NCBI GenBank assembly: GCA_001662655.1
Contig: KV460206.1
Source of the DNA: Pseudogymnoascus verrucosus
Taxonomy: Eukaryota
Length of the DNA: 64,000 nt
Reading direction: 5' to 3' (one strand)
A program made the position numbers and the translations under genes. Of the stretch, positions 12,064-25,349 are shown piece by piece; position 1 is the stretch's first letter, and the number at the start of each line of letters is the position of its first letter. Under the pieces are notes generated by a model. That model saw nothing but the letters and a program-made list of their open reading frames with translations. It made no database searches and was not told the origin of the DNA.

Positions 12064-12452
12064 TTGAAGGTTGCCAGGAGCAGTTGAGTACACCACTCGG
12101 AGCATGATCCGAGACGCTTATTTTGTTCCCCGAGGTTTCGTTGTGTTCCCCGAAGCTTTTGTCTCCACTTCCAAATTACAGCCCCATGAATTACGGATAT
12201 ATATTGTTTTCATTGAAGTGTTCCGTGCTTTAATGTCGCAACTAGAACCTGAACATATCCTCGGGCTTGCAAGTCATGTGGGTAAAGACTTTTCCTGCCT
12301 CTTAGTCCGTGGTAGAAACGATTCATGGAACAACGCCCAATATGCAAGATTATTAAGACGCACCCCACGCGATATACTCTCCTGGGACGTCTCTACTCAA
12401 ACCCGTCCTGCTGATTGAACTGCCATCAAAAATATATCAATTTTTGCGAATC

Positions 12453-14338
12453 ATGGCGATCTTCGCACATACACCCACCTTTGACGTTGTAGTCTATGGT
12501 TCTACTTCTGGTGCTGTGGCAGCTTCAATTCAGAGCGCAAAGCTTGGACTTAATGTCGCACTGGTAAGTCCGCAAGAACATATCGGTAAGTCAAGATATA
12601 TATGTTTAGAAGAAACTCCATTAATTGGTTGACATGCAGGTGGCATCCAGATTGAGGGTCTTGGGGCAACAGACATTGACAACCAAGACGAGGTGTTTAA
12701 CAGCACCACCGTGGGAGGGCTTGCTTTGGAATTTCATCGGAGAATCAGTACTTTTTACAACAGACTGCCACGTCTTGAAGAGGTGGTTGCAAAGAACATC
12801 AAGGATACCGAAGTGTGGCGGTTTGAGTCAAGGGTTGCTGAGAAAGTAATCCTCGAGTGGCTTGCGGAATTTGACAACATCAGAATAATATTTGTATGTG
12901 CTACTCGATCCTACAAAGCGGCCATCTACCTAATACGACATAGGGAAGCCTAGCTGCTACAGATTCTGTAATCAAGAAAGGTGCTGAAGTCTGCTCGATC
13001 AAACTCCGGACTAAACAAATTGTGTCCGGCAAGGTAAGATGGAGAACGAACCTAGGACACTACTATGCTAACAGCCTTAGGTTTTCATTGAAGCTTCGTA
13101 TGAAGGAGACTTGCTAGCTGCATCAAAAGTCACTACTACACACGGACGAGAGTCAAGTTCGACCTTCGACGAGAGCTTGGCTGGCGTTCGAGAAAACACG
13201 CCTTACACGCAATTGACCGTGGACATTGATCCATTTAAGATCCCAAAAGATCATTCTAGCGGGCTAATTTACGGGATATCCACCGAACCGTTTGGCAAAG
13301 CGGGTGACGGCGACAAACATCTTGCTGCATTTTCCTACCGTCTTCCACTTACAGATGCCGTCGAGAATCGACTGCCATTCTACAAGCCAGATGGGTACAA
13401 TCCAGCCCATTTCGAACTGCACAGACGTTTCGTCAACTCTGGCGGAAAGCTATATACCCCTAAGGTTAGACTTCCAGGGCAAAAAACAGACTTGATTGGA
13501 TCGGAGGCACCTCTGGCGACGGATCTTCTTGGAATGAATGATGGCTGGGTAACAGGGTCTGAAGAGGAGCGAAAGCAAATTCTCGAGGATACAGCACGAT
13601 TTACGAAAGGCCTTATGTATTTCTTTGCTAACGATGACTCCTTACCTGTAAGTGACAATACTGGAACTGCAACAGAAGGCATTGAACTAACAGTGTTTCA
13701 GCTCGAATTCCGTCAAGAATGGTCCCGCTTTGGTTATTGCCTAGACGAATTCCCAGACAACAATCACTTCCCGCGGATGCTCTATATTCGTGATGCACGA
13801 CGCATGGTTTCGGACTATGTGATTACAGAACACACTGCGTCAATGGATAATGGCGAAACGCCAGTGGAAGACCCGGTCGGCGTGGCATATTGGCCGACAG
13901 ACACACATTGTGTGCGCCGAATCTTGCGCGATGGCAAGGTGCACAATGAAGGGTTCATCTTCAAAGATGGTCATCGCTGGCGACCATTTGGAATTGCGTA
14001 CCGTGCTTTGGTGCCACGACAGGAAGAAGCAACGAATATCATTACGGCAACTTGCCCTTCATCGTCGCATGTAGGCTATGGTATGTGAACTCTAAAGCAC
14101 CAGAAATTGATCCTGCAAGTCAAAATCAAAGTTAAACTGACTAATTCTAGGTGCTGTGCGTCTGGAACATCAATTTTATGCTCTAGGACAAGCTTGTGCC
14201 AACGCATGCGACATTGCGTTGAAGAAATCGATCCCTCTTCAAAATGTCCCTTACGGAGACTTGAAGAAGCGCCTGTTAGAGCAAGGCATGATTCTTGACG
14301 TTAGCAAAGTTGGAGTGCCGCATTTCCCGGATAATTAG
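12453..14338 (+). CDS. FAD-dependent oxidoreductase (FAD_oxidored/PF12831-like, often labelled xanthan-lyase-associated), 6 exons
   Basis: Rossmann start FDVVVYGSTSGAVAASIQSA, then GLGATD, WRFESRVAE, VFIEASYEGDLLA, GRES, LYIRDARRMV and SSHVGYGAVRLE. Five GT..AG introns restore the frame. No obvious signal peptide. Confidence 0.88.
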
Positions 14339-14782
14339 ACGTCATATAGATCGTTTTTATAATTTGAGAATATAAAGAGCCTATGTCTAATAATAGTAGC
14401 GATCTTGCCTATTGTTAACGTTTAACAGAGGTCAAAGATGAGATCCATAGCAATAACACAGTCTAAAATACACAAAACAGACCTCGGGATTATTACCTTG
14501 GATCCAACGGTCTCACCCCTCGCGATAATTTCAGTTATATCTTCACCAGTCTCACATTCCGTCATAAGAGGTCTTGGGTAAGTTGGCGAACTGGTTTGTA
14601 GCATCTGCTCAGTCATTACCCGCACCCCACTTCGCACTAGTGGTCCCAGTTCCCCGGTTCTCGGTTCCTAGTCCCCCACGTTCCCCGGTCGGGTTTTGGC
14701 ATCATTCCTCCTCTTGTTTCATCCCCGCCTTCCTAAAAAAGACTCCCCCCGATGACTTCCCGTACCAAGCGTTTAAGTTGAT

Positions 14783-17366
14783 ATGGAGATGCAGCACATC
14801 CTAGATGATCGGCGGCAGGAGTTTAATTCCCAAAATTGCGGCGTAGAGCAAGCGCCTAGACGCCTCAAGAACAAGTTAGCCTGTGAGGAATGTCGTGACC
14901 GGAAGATTCGTTGTGATGGAAGACGACCTGTCTGTCGTTCGTGCCTCCGTAAAAAGTTACCCCCGGAGCGTTGTTCATACTCCACTCATTCCTCAACCGA
15001 CAATCATGCGGCTCGCGACGACAGGTATGCATCGAGTGCTTCAAATTCTTATATCTACTATCAACCCCATTTTTGCTATTCTTTGTTCTAACCTTGCATG
15101 TCTTACCTAGCTACACAAAAGCACTTGAGAACAGAATTGCCGAGCTCGAATCTGGCCATGGACACAGTCCGAGAATTGCTTCGGTCCCAACTCCCACCTC
15201 ACAGCAACATGTCGAGCGTCAAAACGCTACTGACAATAGCCCGCCATATCTGGGCCGAGCTAGCGCAGTGGGTTTTATGGAAGAAGTTATCGAGACGTTG
15301 AAACCCGCTGAAGCATTAGCAACCAAGACCCTCAGTAGAGGATATATTGCAGTTGAGGCTCCGGAATCCTCACCGTCATCATGGTTCGCTGGCAATAGCA
15401 GAGGAGATCAAGATTCGATAGTTCTAGGAGTAGATCTTGTGTTACCACCGAGGCGTACCGCAGACAGCTTGCTCCGAAGTTATTGGGTTGGAGCTCACCC
15501 ATTACTTCCCATCATTCATAAGTCGGCTTTTTTAGCACGGTATGTTTATCCTCACGGTCATACGATGCCAACAATCGCATTGTCTCATTTGTTTATGTTT
15601 ACAGTTATGAGAGACTTTGGAGTGGTACTCTATCTACATCAGAAAACGACGGAGAGAGCTCTCGTAACTCCGAATTAGTATTCCACTTTATGCTCAACAT
15701 TGTATTCGCACTTGGCTGTAGGTTCATGTCAATATCTGGCCAGGGCCAGCTTTCTAGCGACCTGAATTCTAGGCAGCCGTTTTTTGATCGCGCCATGAAG
15801 CTCATGACTTTGGATCTCTTAGACGATGGGTCTATAGAACTTGTTCAATCCCTGCTAATCACAGTTCAATACATCCAAACTTTAGAGCTGTCTAATAAGG
15901 GTTGGGTGATCCTTGGAATGGCGATACGTTTAGCCCAGAGCATCAACATACACGTCGGTGTCGGGAGGGAAAGCCAAGCAAAAAGAGAGGAGAGGAGGAG
16001 GACTTGGTGTGTTTGCATTCTTCTCGATAGGTAAGGAAATAAGAGGCACCTAAAGGCAACTTAAAATAAACTAATCAATCGTCTAAGGGTTCACGCTATG
16101 ACCTTCGGGCGCCCATCAATGCTGCATTCGCAACACCATACAACGCTGCCGCAAATGATCGATGACGAATATTTTGCCGTGGATGTAGATGAGGCAGACA
16201 GACAACACCCTCTCGGGATTCCGTGCAAGTCAGCATACTTTGCGTCCATTGTAACGCTTTCCGATATTACTGCGGAGATACTAAGGTAAAAATCTCATGT
16301 TTCGTTGCCCCCTGAAAATCTGCCACGAGAAAAACAGTAGTTGACAGCTTGTGGGCAGACTTTATTATACGACAACTCCCGGTACAGCAGTGGGATTAAA
16401 ACCTGAGAAAGACTACAACTCACTGCTTCAGCTTGATGCCCAGCTGGAGAGCTGGAAACAGGGGCTACCGTCCTACCTCCGTTTCGGTATTGACAATCAA
16501 AGTGGCGATCCTACTGATTTATTTGTCCGACAAGCACATCTGCTCCATCATCGGTGAGTTGAAATGAAATTTACTGCTTGTCATGGTTACTGATATCACG
16601 TCGCAGACTCTTATATTCTAGAATTTTACTGTTTCGAAGGGTAGTGGTACGACTAGCCGCTGAGAGTTTTGTCCAGCCACAAAAGTCAACAACGACAAGA
16701 TTAGAGCAAACCTTAGGCCTGGGATGTGTGGAAACATGTAGGTTAGCAGCTCAAGAGCTTCTCGAAGTCATACATCCGCATATAGGCACATGGCTACTTC
16801 CTCCTCCGTGGTACACTGTCTTTGGTATGTTCACTCGAATCAACTCATACTTTTAACAGCGAGTCTCATATTTATATAGCAATTTATACGGCGGGGACGG
16901 TTTTAGCTGTTGTCTTCATTACTCCAGCTTTCCGGAATGCATTGGATGCACACCAACTAACAACCCTACGACATTCTTGGGAGCTGAGCATCGATTCCTT
17001 GAAACAATACCAGCAACTAAATGTACCATCAGCGTCGAAGTGCTTGTTGAACCTTCTAAAAATATACAAGGTTTCGGAATCAGAAACACGAAGCAGTGAG
17101 CTTAGTGAGTGCTTCTACAACTCTGTAAGTATTTTCCGAGGCTAACATATTTGGCCGCCGATTTAGACGCCAATGATGTTGCTCTAGCAGGTACTGCACC
17201 AGACCCCGGATCTGCTACAGCGCGAAATTTATGCTTATCTGAAGATGGACAATGCATATTTCCCGGGCAAGACGATCCCAGGCAACTCGAAGCACTGTTT
17301 CTTGATTCTACGTTTTGGGCCGACGAAAACATGGACTGGCTGGTAGATCTATCTAATGGTGCATGA
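14783..17366 (+). CDS. Zn(II)2Cys6 transcription factor with fungal-specific middle homology region, 8 exons
   Basis: ACEECRDRKIRCDGRRPVCRSC...C zinc cluster, plus LGMAIRLAQSINIH, ERRRTWCVCILLDR and TFGRP. Seven introns splice in frame with no stops. Confidence 0.92.
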
Positions 17367-20300
17367 ACAGTCGTCAGGGATCGGTTCCCGGAAACCGGAC
17401 CATTACAAAGTGAATGAGATACCCGGGAGATGGAAGAGGAAGTCGATGATATGGACAATGCCATATCCCTACTGACCTTTCAACGATCGGGCTTGACAAT
17501 CTCCCTAGAAAGGAGCGCAAGAACAATCTGTAAAGCTAACCACTGTAACTCTATGTATAAGCACAATCTCGGTCTCGAGAGGATACGCCATCTAAGCATC
17601 CAGAATATCATCCCATGGCATCTCACATCTCTGCAGCAAAACTCTATTCTCGAAGGGATATATCGGGGACCAGCATAGAAGCAAAGGACTTCGGGATGAC
17701 ACACATGACACACCCGAACTCTCGACAAGACATCCATCCTTCCGCGCCGTTTTCGCACCCACCTCGTCGCTCAGGCACAGCATTGTTACCTCAACACATC
17801 GTCAAATCCCTCCCTCCCTATCGCGAGGCAATGCTGCTTGGACGAAGCGGCCCGAGGATCCTATCAAAATCCGCAGCAAGCCTAAATCGCGCGCATGCAC
17901 ACGACACGGGTGACTGTGTTACTCTACTCTATTCAGGATTGGAACTACAAAAAATCGCTCTCCAAATGCACATCTCTGTCCCATCCATCCCACGTGCAGC
18001 CTCACCCCCCCATCCCCATCTCCCATCGCCCCCGAAATCCCAACCCACGTAGACATCCCGCCCACGCAGTGCCACGGTGAAGAAAAACCAGCCTCACCTC
18101 ACAGCGCCGCCATACCCGACTCCACCAGTGTCGTGTGCAAGCACACCGCAACCGTCCAACCCACATCGCCAACCCACAGCCCACAGTTAGTTGGTTGGAC
18201 CGCGCCCCTGCGCCCTCCGCCACGCCGGCCTGTGGAGAGCCTCAAGGTTTCCTCATCGCGCGGTGCTGCTGTTGGACACCGCACGGAGCACGACAGGCTC
18301 GCAAGCACGCAGTTTAGTTGGACGGGTCCGAACGCGGCGCACGTGATTGGTAGGGCCGTAGTGGGGGGATGCAAGGTAAGTAAGGGGCGATGCTGTGTTA
18401 CTTTGGTGGACGCGCTGCACGTTCTGGATTGGGGAATCAGGCACAGGACCGGTTGTTGAGGGGGCGGCCGGGTGCGCTCAGAGCTCAGCGAGGCATTCTC
18501 TTTTCTGTTGTGCGAGGACAGGTATTATCCAGCCAGCCTTGTCGATTTGTATGCGTCAGCATCCCGGCTGGCGCGGACCTCACCGCCCATTTGGATGCGG
18601 TGGGTGGTGCTTGGAAAGCTTGATTGGGGAGGCAGATGGGCGCTGCATGTGAGTGTTCTGATGGAGGACCATGGGTCCACTACGATCCAGTGCATTTGAT
18701 GGGGATGGATGGGGAGATGGGGAGATGGTGTCAGGGCTGAAGGGGATCGATTGAGGCAAGTGCGGTTTATGGAGAGGAGAGTAAGTAGTTCAGCCTGCGA
18801 CACGCATCCCTATCCCCATCCCATCCAGTCGACGCGACGGCATAAATGCCTCACACGTTTTTACGAGTCGGACCTCCGTCGCTTCACCTACCTTATATTT
18901 ATGTTCCCGACGCGCGCCCAAGCAAGCAAGGAGAGGCATCTGACTCTCCTCTATCCTCTCTCCTCTCATCTCCTCACTCCAGCTGCATCCTGCAACTGCA
19001 CCGTACCGTGTAATATCGTAAACGTATCGTATCTATCTACAGTGGCGGCGGCGGGCGTCGGGTCCAGACACGTACGCCCTTCGCCCACCACAGGCCGCCC
19101 CGAATGCCGGGGGGGCGTCAGAAAACGGAGCGACGTCGCGAGACCCCCACGCCTCTCATGCAATCATGTGTGAAGGAAACGCATGCCAATCCGACATTCC
19201 CGGTCATATCCGCCCGTAGATCTAAAACGAGATCCCCTTGGGATCTGGGAAGGGGGAGGGGGAGGGGGACGTAGCCCCCATCGCTGCCCTAAGCCGTTCT
19301 ATTGTTGAACTCCGCACCACGATACGCTTACGGGTACAGTACTGTACATAATCATTACCTATCCCGTACCCGTGTGTGTCCTCGCCTGATAGATTCGAAA
19401 GCGACGCGGACGGACGGTGTAGCGATGGGGCGGCCGTGACCTACAATGGACGGACGCATATGTAATATGTAGATGGCGATGGGCGGGACGGGAGGGAGGG
19501 TGAGGTAAGAAGTGAGGTAAATAGCTGGGATGGGAGATTTGGAGGTCATCGTGGCCCGCGCTGGATGGCTGTCGGCGAGGGAGGAGGGCGGGGGTCGGGA
19601 GGAAAAAGAAAGGTGCGCTGCTCCGCTTGGATGTCTGCATCGCACACGCACACGCGCGCATCGCGGGGTAGGTGATGTGTTGATGGGTGATTTGGAGCCC
19701 GATGGAGCGGCCTACATACATATATATGTAAGGTAGGCAAGGTTTATCATATCAGTATGGGTGAGATAGGAAATGATAGAGGGAAAGTGGGTGTATCTAT
19801 CGGATCTGAAAAAGGCATCAAAAGACGCTGTAAGCGCCGACTCTTGGCTGGCTGGAGGATAGATCTGGTAGCCGAGCGAGCCGTCAGTCAGCATTAATTA
19901 ATGGGCGTCATTCATAATTAATTACTTAATTTCTGACTGTTCTCCAACAGATGTGTGCCGTTGTCCGTGAATTTACTAATGAGATTGAAGCGACAGTGCG
20001 TATCTCTCGTCCCACGCGGGTCGGCGCTCATAATGTCTTCAGTGGACAGTGGAATGACTAACGGGGGAAAGTAAGGGGGAGGTACGAGGAAGGATAGGAT
20101 AGATCATACTCCCCTCCACTCCCGTTCTACCTGCTGTCTCCTCCCGTTTCCAGCTTCAATTTCCGCCGTTGATGGTCGCGGCATGAGATCATGAGAAACA
20201 CAAGAGAGGCTGTGCGATTCGAATTAAGAAAGTAAAATTGCCGCCAAGTGCTTGGTTAAACATCACTCGTAACGTTGTTTCGGGTGCTACTGATAAGGAA

Positions 20301-21519
20301 TGCGAACAGCCTCTGAGCAGCTCTGAATAGCTCTGAACAGCCTCATTAATAACCACATCTCAACTCTCAAATCTCAACAATGTCTTTTACTTGTCTTATT
20401 GTGATTTGGCAAAAGGAGGTGAAGACGGGTGGATGCGCGCCAAGCATCGACGACGATCGAGGGAAGGAGCGTTCCCGGCCGTCTCGGTCGCCACAGAGTC
20501 GTCATCAACCCAGCGATCGACTTCTTGGCTTTTGGAGTTTTGGGGTGTGCTGTGGGCGGCATATAAGCCGGAATGGGGCATCTTGAGGATATCAAGCCAT
20601 ACAGAGCCCTACAGCGCCATTCAGAGCAGCACAGAACCATACAGAGCCATTCAGAGCCATCTACCAAGCCATCATGTGTGACATCTCCCCCTCAACCGTT
20701 TTCTCTCGGCGTCGCTCTTTCCCCTTACTTCGTGCATCGATCATCGATCATCGTCGTCGTTTTCTGCCTCGCCGTCCTCCTGTCGTCGTCCCCGTCGACC
20801 ACAGCCCCCCCCCCTTTATCAAAAGTGTCCCCAAGCCCAAGAGATCACCACAGATGCCAAGTATCGTGGCATTTGTCACATAGCGCAGCGCCGAGCACGC
20901 AACTGTGGCAGCCGTCGCAACAAGTGGTGGTGTTCTCTGGCGGGTATTGGCTACTTTGGCTGCTTTTACCTGATGGATACGCGGCACGTTGAATTAGCTA
21001 GTTAGGCCGAGAAGGAACCTTCTTTATGAAGCCAGTCAAAGTGTCCGCAAGCCAGTCATAAGTCTTGGATGGCTCTTGTGGGCTCCTTCCTGGTCGTGGT
21101 TGTAGTGGGCTATGATGATGGGATTGCCTTTCTCCGGTCCATCTCCCACCCCCCATCTTTCCATCATCTATCCCCTACGTACGTACCTATTTCTTGTATT
21201 TATTTCTTGTATTTAAGTATCGACGCCGCCCTTCGAAAATAGTGACAATCTTATGCTAAAGTAGTGCCGCCCAGGTCATGTCAACCAATGCCAATGTTTT
21301 AACGCCGACTCGGATCTTTTTTGCTCCACCATCAATATTTTGTATAGGGTACCTACGACCGACTTGTTGAGTCCGTACTTACTCCACTGTACGAGAGTAG
21401 AGTAGAGGCGTAGGACTCTTAATCAATCACCTCAATCATTTTCTACACACCTATAATAAAACACTTCTACATCGAAACCTACCGACAGCTGAGACTGGCA
21501 CGTACATACATACATTCTT

Positions 21520-21520
21520 C

Positions 21521-21557
<37 letters not shown>

Positions 21558-21710
21558 GCGCGAGAGATATATATACCTTGCCTTTCCCTGCCCTGCGTTG
21601 CGCATCTTTTTGCATCCTATACCAATACCAATACATACCTATACCCATACCACTACCTATACCTATACCTATACATATACTTATACATATACATCTACCT
21701 ACCCATACGC
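21520..21710. repeat. Microsatellite block: (GT)n, (TA)n and degenerate (TATACC)n
   Basis: Read directly from the sequence. Confidence 0.85.
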
Positions 21711-22219
21711 TATACGGTCCTTGATACCCCGGACTTCGGTGCAGTGCCATACTGTACGAGACACCACTTCTATCCTCCTCGGTACGCACATAATAGAGAC
21801 AAATAGAGACAAGAAGGGTCCCAAGTTTGTCCCAAGCAGTCCCAAGTGTCCCAAATCCTGGAAGCTGGAGTCGCCAAACAGAATATCCGTGTCACTCGCA
21901 GGCAGACTACTGCTCAAAAGGCTCTATTTCTGCTCGACAGGCCATCGACAGGCCACTCGACAGGCCGCTGGACAAGCTACTCTACTGTACTATCTACCGT
22001 ACTAGAGCACGCTAATTAGCTTGCTTCCTTCCCCCTCCAACTCTCTCCAAACCAACTCTCTCCAAACCTCTCCAGATTAGTCGGTTAATCGCTAGTCATC
22101 GCTAGTCGCCTCTCAAAACGTCTACCACTATCACGTACCTCTATCACGGAGACAAGTACGGAGACAAGTACGGACAAAAGTACAGGCCTAAAAAGAAAGG
22201 CTCCACTCCTCTACTCCTA

Positions 22220-22560
22220 TTACCTACTATTACCACCTCCACGCCACCCTCTAACACCACTTACACCACCACACACACCACACACCACACACACACTCCA
22301 ACTCCAACTCCAACTCCAACTCCATACCACTACAACTACACCCACCAACCACACCCACCAAACTACCCACCCACCACCCACCACCACCAACCACACACCT
22401 AAAATCCGCCAGTCCGCCAACAAAAGAATCCCCCCACCCCACGCTCCCACGCTCCCCATACTACATACAACCCTCATACAACCCTCCATACATTCACACC
22501 CCCCCGCCTTCAACACCGCCCCCTCCACCCACCCCCCCCTCCTCCATCAACCCCCCAACT
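22220..22560. repeat. C/A-rich low-complexity tract including (CTCCAA)n
   Basis: Very few G on the + strand; tandem ACTCCA units at about 22294..22325. Confidence 0.85.
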
Positions 22561-23147
22561 TAGGCTTGGGTCTTGGAATCTCCCGTTATTCTCAAATAGA
22601 CTGCTGAATGCATTCCGTCTCCTCTTTAATAAACTCCACCAAAACCCTCATTCTCCAACTACCAACTACCTCAACAAAACAACTACAAACTAACTTCGAC
22701 TCTATATCGAACATATATACTTATTCAAATCACCAATCGCTCCCGCTTGTCCGCCTAACTGTCACCTCGGCTTGCGCCCTCTACTCGTCATTCAACATCC
22801 TGTCTCAGACCCCTTCAACGGATTGGAACTAAACTCGACCACGGTCCAACCCTGTATGGGTATTGTCCAGACACAGCAGACACAACAAGTGCTTTTAATG
22901 GAGAATCTCGTCAATTCATACTCTGCTCATACGAATCTATATCCGCTGTGTGTGCCGTAACTGCACTCGGAAATCGGCTCACTCTTGTTCTCTGCAAACT
23001 TTGGTTCCTCCCGTCCAGTCCAATCGCGAGTAATCGGACTCTCCCGAACCGACTCTTCCGTCCTCTAACCAAGGACTAATATAAGGCCGTCACCATTTGA
23101 CCGGTCTTTCCACTCCTCCATTGGCCTCAATAATCTTATCATCAGAA

Positions 23148-24778
23148 ATGTCGTCAGTTCAAGTCGTCAGGATGCCACAGACTGAAAACTTACACTCGAC
23201 TGCTCCGAATGATACCGCCTCGAAGCATCGAGCACCCTTATTTCAAATAGGCTCCACGCCACCCGCACAAAGCAGAGATCAATCGCCCGATAGTCGTCCT
23301 ATAGACCTACAAAGTCCAATCCCTGAAGAAGAAGAAGACGAGACCGGCAGCGAGGCCGCCAACGAACCCCTAACTCCGACTGACACACAACCACCCCACG
23401 ACTTCCGCCATACCCCTCCTGACGACTTAAAATACGACACTTCACAAGAGGCCTTCTCAAATGTAGGGAAGCCACCGCTGCTCGTCAACACCGCCGCTAC
23501 ACCGCCGCCAAAGTCTTCGTCAGACAGGAATCGAGAGCAACGTGCCTCCGTCGACGAATCTCTATATGCGTCGCCACAACGGCCTACATCCGCCGTCGAC
23601 TCCGGTATCAAGCGTGGCCTCTCGCAATTCTTCCGTCGATCAAATTCCCAGTCACAATACCCCGCAGCGGCTTCCGGCACATCCGCCATCGAAGACCCTT
23701 CCCCGAACCCGTCTCGTGGAGGATCAGACACAATGCTATTTCAACGCAGCCCTGGCGCACGTCGTGTCTCGGTGGTCGAGTCGTCGGATACAACTCGCTC
23801 GAATTCCCCGCCATCACCGTCGAGTACGCCGCGGGACAAGAAGGCGACCATGCTCGAGCCCGACGCTTCGCAGTTCCTGGGCAAGAAATCCCGCGCCTCT
23901 AGTGGCATCGGATTCCGCCAGAGATTCATAACCTTTGCGGGGCCAAAGGACCTGAAGGAGCCAGCTCCCAGGCCGAGAGCGACCAGCGTAGATCTGCGGA
24001 GTACCACACAAATCTCGAAATTAAAAGAACCTGAGCTCACGAGACACGAGTGGGGTTTCCCTGCCGAGGCCGGAACGGGCCTGAAGGCAAGGCGCATGAG
24101 TCTGAGTCTGCCAGACGACTTCTGGGTTGACGTTGTGGACCTGCACAAGGAATTTTCCGACCAGAGCAAACTCATTGGCCGACGTGGCAAGACACTCGGT
24201 AAGGGTGCGACCTCGAAAGTTACACTCATGACGCGCAAGGGCGGGTCGGAGCTGCATGCCGTCAAGGAATTTCGCGGCAAGCGAACGGGCGAGGTGGAGG
24301 AGGACTACGAGAAGAAGGTCAAGTCGGAATTCAGCATCGCGAAGAGCCTGCACCACCCGAATATTGTAGAGAGCATACGCCTCTGTACGCACAACGGGCG
24401 ATGGAATCATGTGATGGAGTACTGCCAAGAAGGCGACCTCTTCAGTCTCGTGCAGAAGAACTACCTCACCGGCCCCGACCGCCTCAATGACCGACTCTGC
24501 ATCTTCAAGCAGCTCGTCCAGGGCGTCAACTACCTCCACCAGCACGGCATCGCGCATCGCGACATCAAGCTGGAAAACCTCCTCGTGACCAGCTCGAGCA
24601 AGATCAAGATCACCGACTTCGGTGTCTCGGAGGTCTTCTCGGGCATTCACCCCGGCCTCCGCGAAGCCGGCGGACAATGCGGCAAAGAAATGGGCGAGGT
24701 GCGGCTGTGCGCTCCTGGAATCTGTGGGAGCATGCCGTACATCGCTCCGGAAGTCGTAGTTAAGAATGGTAAGCCCGC

Positions 24779-24812
<34 letters not shown>

Positions 24813-25349
24813 CCCCCAAATACCCAAAACAAAATCCTAACATCAACCCCAGGCGAATACGACCCTCGCGGCCTCGACGTCTGGAGCAGCGGCATCGTCA
24901 TGCTCCACGTCATCTTCGGCGGCGCTCTCTGGCCCCGCGCCGAGCGCGGAAACAGACACTACGACTCCCTCGTCCGCGGCTGGGAGAAGTGGGAAGCGAA
25001 GCACCCCCCCGGCGCAACCATCACCGAGCTCGACTACCCCCACGTCGTGGCCTTCGATCAAATGGTCAACCCGCCCGCCCTGCGCCGCATGCTCATCGCG
25101 ATGCTGCACCCCGACCCGGCGAAGCGCATCAAGATGGCGGACGTAGCGCGCAACCGCTGGCTGCGCAACATCGAGTGCTGCCAGGTTGATACATACGAGG
25201 ACCCTAGCACTGTCATCGATGCCAGTAAGGCCAGCAGTAGTGGGTATGCCGGGAATAACCGCGCGAGGGTCGTGCAGCATAATCATCTTCCGCCTTCGAA
25301 CCATACGGGCCATCGCTTCGTGAGGTTACCCGGGAGCACGGCCATGTAG
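23148..25349 (+). CDS. Ser/Thr protein kinase, HAL/Npr1 family (Ptk2/Hrk1-like ion-transport regulator)
   Basis: LGKGATSKV, AVKEF, SEFSIAKSLHHPNIVE, HRDIKLENLL, TDFG, ICGSMPYIAPE and DVWSSG, after a long S/P-rich N-terminus. One intron at 24769..24852 (GTAAGC..CTAAC..CAG). Confidence 0.9.
24781..24810 (+). repeat. 30-nt poly-C homopolymer inside the kinase intron
   Basis: Read directly from the sequence. Confidence 0.9.

Noticed and set aside
7684..17366. P450 plus transporter, oxidoreductase and regulator as a secondary-metabolite cluster
   Set aside because: There is no backbone enzyme (PKS, NRPS or terpene cyclase) in the window, the transporter is an importer-type sugar porter, and the P450 is disrupted.
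17480..22960. Many 60-150 aa ORFs in the long intergenic region
   Set aside because: They are low-complexity or microsatellite-derived, with no domain motifs or consistent splice structure.
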